Shown here one piece after another: positions 35,901 through 44,900 of a stretch of 64,000 bases of DNA. How positions within the stretch are numbered: the stretch's first letter is position 1; every line of letters starts with the position of its first letter. This stretch comes from Raja brachyura. Taxonomy: Eukaryota. The notes under the pieces were generated by a model, which was not told the origin of the DNA, did not search any database, and saw nothing but the letters and a program-made list of their open reading frames with translations. Location of the stretch: the NCBI GenBank assembly GCA_963514005.1, contig OY740787.1:64232001-64296000 (forward strand), given 5' to 3'. A program made the position numbers and the translations under genes.

Positions 35901-38900
35901 AGGTAACTTCTACAAACACCTCCCTCCCCTCTCCTCTCTGCCTGTCTCTCCCACAGTTCACAACAATGCATCCCTCTTGGGCTTACACCTGTCTCTAGCC
36001 TAGCTGGGACCCTCCATGCCTGAGGTCAATGTTGTCATATTTGTCCTGTTTCCTCTTCCCTTCCAGTTCCCCCCCCCCCCCCCCACCAATCTCCTTACTG
36101 CAATCAGTCTGATGAAGGGTCCCAACCCGAAACAACAATTATCCATGTTCTCCACAGATGCCGACTGTCCCACTGAGTTACTCCATCTTTGTTTGATGCC
36201 TCTTAAAAAACATCCATGACTCAGCAAACTGGCATTTAGGCATCATGACTACTGACGGGCATGACTACTGATTAGGGTGACCCACCAGCTGTACACCAAG
36301 GGAGTGGAGTCCATGATGGCCTAATTCCATGGATGAGTAGATGAGTTGAGCTGCAAACTCCACACAGACAGCACCCGAGGTCAGGATCAAACCCAAGTCT
36401 CTGACACTGTGAGGCACTGACTCTACCAGTTGCGCCACTCTGTGCCATCCTGTGGCAGCACTGTGCTGCCCTATTGAATTAAGTAATTGTAATCTCAAAT
36501 TGGATACACAAATATAAGCTTTGTGATCTGCCTTTTGACTCGGCCCACCGAGTCCGCGCCGACCAGCAATCCCAGTACACTAGTTCTATCCTACACGCTA
36601 GGACCAATTTAAAGAAGGCAATTAACCTCCAAACCTTTGAATGTGGGAGGAAAACAGAGCACCCGGAGAAAACCAAGGTGGTCACAGGGAGAACGTACAA
36701 TCTCCGTACAGACAAGTACCCATAGTTAGGATTGAACCCGGATCACTCTGGCACTCTGATGCAGCATCTCTGCCACTGTGCCACTGTTCCACCCTAAGTT
36801 AAAGATAAAAGTTTGCGTTTGCATCAGGATGCCCTATCGGAACTATAACACCCGAAATACAAGATTTATGCTGCCAAATTTTGCAGTAGATATTATTAGG
36901 TTTGCAGTTTCAAACACTGTATTTCATTTGCAGGAAAGGCGCTTGGCCATGTATGTGAAGTACTGCCAAAATAAGCCAAAATCAGAGTACATTTTGGTTG
37001 AAAATGATGCCTTCTTTGAGGTAAGCAGTTTGTTGTCTTTACCCAATGGCAATATAAATAAAATGCACTAATCAGGAACCACCTGGTTACAACATATTAA
37101 TCAAACAATTTCAAGTATAATCAATAATAATCAGGCTACTTGGAAAATGACAGAAATGTTTTGCTTGTAGAGACTGGAAAGTGATACATCAAAATGTTTC
37201 AATTGAACAAACTTTACATTGTTTTAAGAGGTCTAACAGTTAGTTCTTTTTGAAACTGGGTGAAATTGATATTACGTAAATAATGCACTTTTTGCTTAAT
37301 TTATTAGGAACTAAAACTGCATTTGGATGAGACGTTTAGCCTGAGTGACTATCTCATCAAACCCGTTCAGAGAATAACTAAGTACCAACTTTTGCTTAAG
37401 GTAAGGACGTCTCCAACTGATAACCAGCTTAGAAACAGAGAGGCAGATTTGGCCACTATTCAATGAAAGCAATAATTAAAATTCCACAAAAGATTCCTTA
37501 AATTATTGTTAGGTTGTCTGTTTTCATGAACAAATGGTCAAACAACTATTTCAGGCAAAGATCTTGGAAACCTTTACCCGAGTATTTAACAATATGACAG
37601 TCTGCAAACGTTTAGCATAGAATATATAGAAGAGTAGCATCCATATAGTCGGCAAAAGGGAATTGGCATTAGTTATTTTCTAAGTATTTATTTCTGTGTA
37701 CTGCCATGAAAATTACTTTAATGGAGGCATCAATGAGCAGAAAATTGGAAAGGGCGTTGCCGTTTTTTTAAAGTCTGAGCTAATTTAGCTCTGTGTTTTA
37801 TATCTGTTTGCGCTCAGTATAATGTTGAAAAGGAAGTGTTCACGTATTTCTTTTTAAAGTTTTTTTGTCTTTAAGTATGAAATTTTACATTATTTCAAAG
37901 AAAGTCAGAAAATAGAATGATAAATAATCAAGAAAATGAAAGATTAACAAACAGGATATACTTCTACTTGAATGATGCATATGTTAAGCTGATCCATGAT
38001 ATCGGTCCACATGACATCTGAACATCATGCTAAGTATTCGCTAATAATTGCCTTGTTGCAGGATTTCCATAAATACAGTGGGAAAGCTGGTTTCGACACT
38101 TCAGAGATTGTGGTAAGACCTGTTTTGTTAGATTTATAAACATTTACAATATCCGTGGTACTAATACAAAAACTGTAACATTGTTGTAGAATTTGTGATC
38201 ACTGGGACTTCCTATGGAGAAGGTGTGACCCAGTGGTGTTGTGGAGGCAAGGCAATGGGAAACACCATTGAGGAGATGGTGTAGTCAGATATAGATATAG
38301 ATATATAAACTAAAAAAGGACACAAAGTAACTCAGTGGGTCAAGCAGCATCCCTGGAGAACATGGATAGGTGACTTTTCAGGTCGGGACCCTTCTTCATG
38401 TAGCAGGGAGATTGTGAGGAAAAAACTGCAGGCTTTTGGACGAGTTTGGGAAAATAATGAAGAATGTTTAATTTAGTTTAGAAATACATTGTGGAAACAG
38501 ACCCTTTGGGCCACTGTTACTGCACCAGCTAGCGATCATCTCGTACATTAGCACGATCCTGCATTCTGGGGACAATTCACAATTCATAAAAGCCAACCTT
38601 GTACTTCTTTGTGGTGTGGGAGGAAACCGGATCATCCGGAAAAAACTCATGCGGTCACAGGAAGAACGTACAAAATGAGTACAGGTAACATCTTTGGTCA
38701 GGATAGAAACAGAGTCTCTGGCGTTGTAAAGCAGCAACTATACTGAATCTAAATCGATTTGTATGGATTCAGTTAGCTAAATGACTTCCTTCTGCGCTAT
38801 AACAATGACATAACTCTGTGATTCCTGTGCAAGAACATTTCATCCAAATGCTCAGGCACTCCCTGACATCTCCTGTGCATTTCAATGGCATGTTCATCAG

Positions 38901-41900
38901 TCCTTGTCTGTAATCTTCTGGTATAAACTAATTAACAACCTCACTCCTGGAAAGCTGTCTCACTAGCTTCCCATTTTCTTGAACCGGGTGAATTTCATTT
39001 GTAACTTGCAATTCATCACGTGCAGATCCCATCACTAACTTAGCCTCTAGATCTGAACCAGTCAATATGTTCAGATGGAGTGAAATGATATCCATAGCCC
39101 ATCAAGTGGTAGAAACAAAGAAGCTGCAGATGCTGATTTACAAAGAATGACACAAAGTGCTGGAGTAACTGAGCGGGTCAGGCAGCATCTCTGGAGAACA
39201 TGCAAAGATATCCATGTTCTACAGAGATGCTGCCTGACTCGCTGAGTTACTCCAGCATTTTGTTACCCCATCAACGAAGGCCTGGTAAATGTGAATTTCT
39301 TTGGGGGGGGGGGGGGGGGGGGCTTCTAAAAGACGACAGACCCAAATAAATCGTAATAGTGAGGGAAAGATGTGTAAGAGGGTCATACTTAAAAAAATAA
39401 ATGTTATTCTTATAAACTTTAAGTTACTGGATTGATGGAAATAGCACGTGCAAAGCAGTTTTGCTGTAACCACACTGTCCCCTCCAATGATCTCCAATGC
39501 TTCACACTCTAAGTATCTGTGGTAACTGAGCAGATTACCTAAAGAACGTTCTCTTTAGGGTGGCACGGTGGTAACTGCATCTCCAGAGATCCAGGTTCGA
39601 TTCTGACCTCGAGTGTGGTCCATTTGGAGTTTGCATGTTCTCCCTCTGACCATATGGGTTTCCTCCTAGTGCTCTGGTTTCCGAAGACGTGCGGGTTTGT
39701 CAGTTAATGGCTCTGTGAATTTCCCCCAGTGTGTAGGGTGTGGATGTGAAAATGGGACAGTAAAGAACTGGCATGAACAGGTTATCGATGGTGGGTGTGG
39801 ACCCGTTGGGCCGAAGGACCTGTTCCCATGCTGTATCTCGAACACTGTAACAATGTCCAGTGGGTCTCATCAAACCCTCCACCAGGCTGCAGCTGCTGTC
39901 AACAGTTGCTTGCAACCTTCTCTTCAAATAGGAAAATGCATTACTGTGTTATTATAATGTGTTCATTTGAAGTATATACATGATGTAAGTCGATCCAAGT
40001 TGTGATGAGTATGTGGGTTTCAGAGTACAGTAATGGTAACTTGAAATTGTTGGTGAATGGGATTTGTTGCTTTTTTTCTCTGACTATGTATGTATTTGTA
40101 AAGATACGTTCTTTACTGTTTACTTTACTGTTTTTTTTCAATCTTTTTTTTATTGTTAGTCAGTTTAAAGTTTGTTTTTGCGGGGAATCTTTAACTTTTA
40201 TAATGTGGGGGAGGGGGGCAGGGTAAGGGGGAAACTGTTTCCCAGTCGCTTCTTGGCGGGGACGCGACTATTTCTCCAAGTCGCGTCCTCGCCCCCCCCC
40301 CCCCCCCCCCCTCGCGGCCTCCCACCTGGATCGGAGCAGCCTTTCCTGCCGGGGACCGGGAACCGGACCAGAGCTACAACAGCTGCGGCGTTCACCGCGG
40401 AGCGGGTGATACCTACCTGGGTCGCCGTTTGGAGCTCCAGAGCTTTGGGCCGCTGCTCGAACATCGTGGAGCTGCGGTTTGGGAGAGCTTCCTATGCGGT
40501 CGGCGCTGACCTTCATCGCGGAGCCTGTGGCCCTTTGCCGAGGGCCACAAGCATTGCATCTCCACCCAGCGCGGCCAGCGGAGTTTGGGAGCCACGGACT
40601 CTGGTAGGAGGTGGCCGACTGATGTCCAGGCTGCCGAGGAGGTCCCTCAGCCCCGACGTCAGACTTACATCACCCCGGCGAGCGGGCCTGAACATCCGGC
40701 CGCCCGTAGCAGCGACTGCGGAGGGCTCGGGGAGGCCCCGACCACGGGTGAACAATGGGGAACATTAGAGGAAGAGGACTGACTTTGGTCCCTTCCCTCA
40801 CAGCGGGAAACTTTGATTCTGCTGTGTGGGGATGTTTTATGTTGAATTCTATCAACTCTATGTTGTTTTTTTTATTTTTATTGTATGGTGATTACATTTC
40901 ACTGTGCCATAAATGTATCTTGTATCTTGTATAAGAGACACTTCTGCCCCTTGATTAGTGGAATCTAGGAAGAGTTTATATGAAAAAATGGGTGAATAAA
41001 TGGGATTGGAATACAGTATGGCTTTCTGGTCAGTGTGGACTTGGAGGTCTGCAGGGTCTGATTCCGTCTTATATAACTATGACTAACTTTTAATAGAGCG
41101 ATTGGCCCATTTTAAATGCTCTAATCTTTGCTTGAAATAAACACAATAAATTCTAATGCAAAAAGAACAGGGATAAACTAGATCTATGGTCCCCCGGCCA
41201 TTTTACCACAAGGTAAATGAATTTCTGCCCTTCAACAAACTTGGGCACAAAAATCTATGCAGCTCAGTTCCGAAAAGTTAATTGAAAGTGCCACTTTTTT
41301 ATGTGAATTAGTAACTGAGGCTCGAGTGCAGCAGATAGATAAATTGACTGGCCAAAAACTGATTACTGCAGCTGCTGAATTTCTACAATAAAAACAATAA
41401 ATACTGGAAATATTCCACAGGTCAGGCAGTAGCTATGAGAGAAGGCTAAGCTAATATTGCAGTTCAATGCATTTCCAGCAGAAGCATTTTGATAAAAAGT
41501 CTTTAACTTAAATACTAACAGCTGCTGCCAAATTTTCATAATTTTTCCAGCAATTTGTGTTTTTACTTTAAGTAAACTGATAAATTGGCATTGGCCATAT
41601 TTAACATACAAAGTGAACTCATCCCATGACACTGCCATATTAGAATTTGGTTTAACGGTAATTTGTGCATTAATGCTTAATGTTTCTTTTATGTATTGTT
41701 ACAGAAAGCAGTCGGTGTGATGCACCTAGTGCCAAAACGCTGCAATGATATGATGAATTTGGGAAGACTTGAAGGATTTAATGTAAAGTTTCATTTTACT
41801 TATCAGTACATAATTATTTTACTGGGATAAGGATATCAGAATTATATCCACAAAATGTCTCAGTAACATGCTGAAATAAGTTTACTTTAGTTTAGTTTAT

Positions 41901-44900
41901 AGATACAGTGCAGAAACGGGCTTTTCGGCCCATCAAGCCCACGACGACCAATAATCCCCGTACACTAGCACGTTTCTAAACACTAGGAACAAATAACCAT
42001 TTTTACCTAAGCCACTAACCTACAAACCTGTACATCTTTGGAGTGTGGGATGAAACCAGAGTACCCAGAGAACTCGGGTATCTGATGCAGTAAGGCAGCA
42101 ACCCTACCACTGCGCCACTGTGCTGCCTAGATCAGCATCGTATCATGTTCAGTATCATATCCCAAAACATCTTTAAGTAATTGAGATAAAAATAATTAAT
42201 TTATATATTTGAGGATCACATGATTGGAAAAACAACGTAATAAAATACTAACTGAGGTTTCAGTAGTTTTAAATATTAATTGCCTGGTTCTAGCACATAA
42301 ATAAAATTACTTGAGACTGGTTAGCCAGAACTTTAATTCAATCCAGGCCTAACAGCAGCCTAGCATGTGCTGCTTTGTGGGAAAGAGAGTTGCATGTGGA
42401 GTTGAATATTAGAGAGTCATCATCAAAACAAACCTATTTCATGTTCATAAATTCAAGGAGCAGAATTAGGCCATTCGACCCGTCAAATCTGCTCCACCAT
42501 TCAATCATGGTTGATCTATTTTTTCATCTCAATCCCATTCTCCTGGTGTCTCCCCATAACCTCTGATACCCTGACTAATCAAGAATCTGTCAATCTCCAC
42601 CTTAAAAATATCCATTCACTCTGACCTCCACAGCCGTCAGTGGCAGTGAATTCCAAAGGTTCATCACCCTCTGACTGAAGAAATTCCACCTCATCTCCTT
42701 TCCAAAAGTATGTCATTGTCTTGCAAAAGCCTCTGATCCTATACTCTCCACCAGTGGAAACATCCTCGCCCCATTCACTCTAACCACTACATTTGGAGGC
42801 AATGTCACTGTACATCCTTGACTTCAAGGTATAGTACAATTGTAATTCGCTCGAAGGATACCCAGCAAAAACACCCCAAAAGGCAGTTAAAGGGGAAAGA
42901 AAGAAATCATCATGGCCTCACAATATAAATGTTAGTTTCCTCAATCAACATAAATGATTGGCCACTTTTGTTTCCCTGTGGAGAAAACTAAAGGAAACCC
43001 TTAGCACATGTGAGTAGGTAATGGCACCAAACAACTCTTCAATAAATCATTTTCAACAATCCTCACTAACGCACAGAGCATAAATCAAGAAATATTAAAT
43101 CATTGTAAAATCATGGACAGAAACAAAATAAGGGCAGGCTAAATGGGATTAATTGAGGGATTAAATTAAAAAATTGAAAAATTATATATTTTTAATCTCA
43201 AGCAGCAATTAAATTTTGAAAGGATGAAATTCCACACATTAAATCAAATTTTTAGTACCAGCTTGGTTGATTACGAGTGATCAATATTTAAGGAACCATT
43301 AACAATTAATTTACACGAGCCCTACATTTTTCTGTCATGCTTGATGTATGATTAATGCAAAATTACCACTTCACACCTTCACATAGATTTTGGTGCCTGG
43401 TCTACTGGTGATGTATTAGTGGAGTTTAGTTGGACAGCAACATCTTTATTTCTATATATAATTACATGTACACAGGCTTTTGGTTGTATCACCATAATTC
43501 TATCTTCTCAGCGCACCTATAACTTCTCTGTTATCATCAGTAAAAGGAACAGTTCATTCACCCTGCCTTTTACACTACTAGAAGCTTTAAATCAGATGAC
43601 ATGTTCACTGGGTCTTTATTAGTAAATGAAGGTCGAGAATATGAAGCCCAGTAAAATATAAAAGGAAGATTAATCTTTTAAAAGTTGGAAGTATTGTTTG
43701 AACATTAAATTCTGGGTGATATTATTGAATCTATGCTGAACTATTTGTAATTTCCAGGGTAAGCTCACCGCACAGGGCCAGTTGCTCCAACAAGATACAT
43801 TTCTTGTGACTGAGCAGGATTCTGGAGTTCTGCACCGAAACAAGGAACGACGAGTCTTTCTCTTTGAGCAGATTTTAATCTTCAGTGAACTGCTGAACAG
43901 GAGTTCCTCAACACCAAGGTATCAATTCAAGAAGAGCATAAAGGTAAATATACAACGGATTAACTAAAGGTTAGAGTCATAGTCATACAGCATGAAAACG
44001 GACCCTTCGGCCCAAACCTTCCCACGCCGACCTACATGCACCACCTACACTAGTCCCACCTGCCTGTGTGGTGGGTGGTATCACATTGTGATAGTACCTA
44101 CCCCCTCCAGTAGCTTGTTCCATACACCTACCACCCTTTGTATTTAAAAATAATTACCCCTCGTTTCCTATTAAATCTTTCCCCCTACACCTTAAACCTA
44201 TGTCCTCTCGTTCTTGATTCCTTATCACTTCTTCACAATTAGATTTTACTTCTGAAGATTGTGATCTAAAGGTCATATAATTGTAATTATTGCTGAATCC
44301 ACAAGTGCTTACTGTGTTATGTATCCAACCCGATCTAAATAGCTCCTACTAATATGGAAGCCACAACAATTATAACATTTGTCCACTGCTTCACCAATGA
44401 GAATCATAACAGTAGGGTCTGAAGAAGGGTCTCGACCTGAAACGTCACCTATCCCTTTTCTCCAGAGAAGCTGTCTAACCCGCTGAGTTACCCCAGCTTT
44501 TTGTGTCTATTTTTGGTTTAAACCAGCATCTGCAGTTCCTTCCTACACAGAACATTAGGTTATTGTTTCTGTGATATGTACCTTTCATTAGTAAGCAAGC
44601 AAATGCAATTGCTGTGCCTCTTTTAATATTTGGTTAATTAAACGAAAGTCACGTAAATCAAAGATAAGTAATACATATAGGCTTTCTTGGTGTGACTCAC
44701 TTGATGCAGAACTCACTCAATGTTAGGAGTTGTTTCTGTACACACTGTGGAAGTTTGGCGCTCCAAGAATGCATTTCAGATGCTTAGTGACAATATTAAT
44801 GACTGTCCTCTCCGGAGCGATTTTTTCAAGACCGCGGCTACACACGGAAGTTGATATGATGTTGGTGTTAAAAGTATTGTCCTTCAAAATGTAGTTCCTA

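Noticed and set aside
40172-40768. 198-aa ORF and several overlapping ORFs
   Set aside because: They fall in a GC-rich interspersed repeat where stop codons are rare in all frames; no domain is recognisable.
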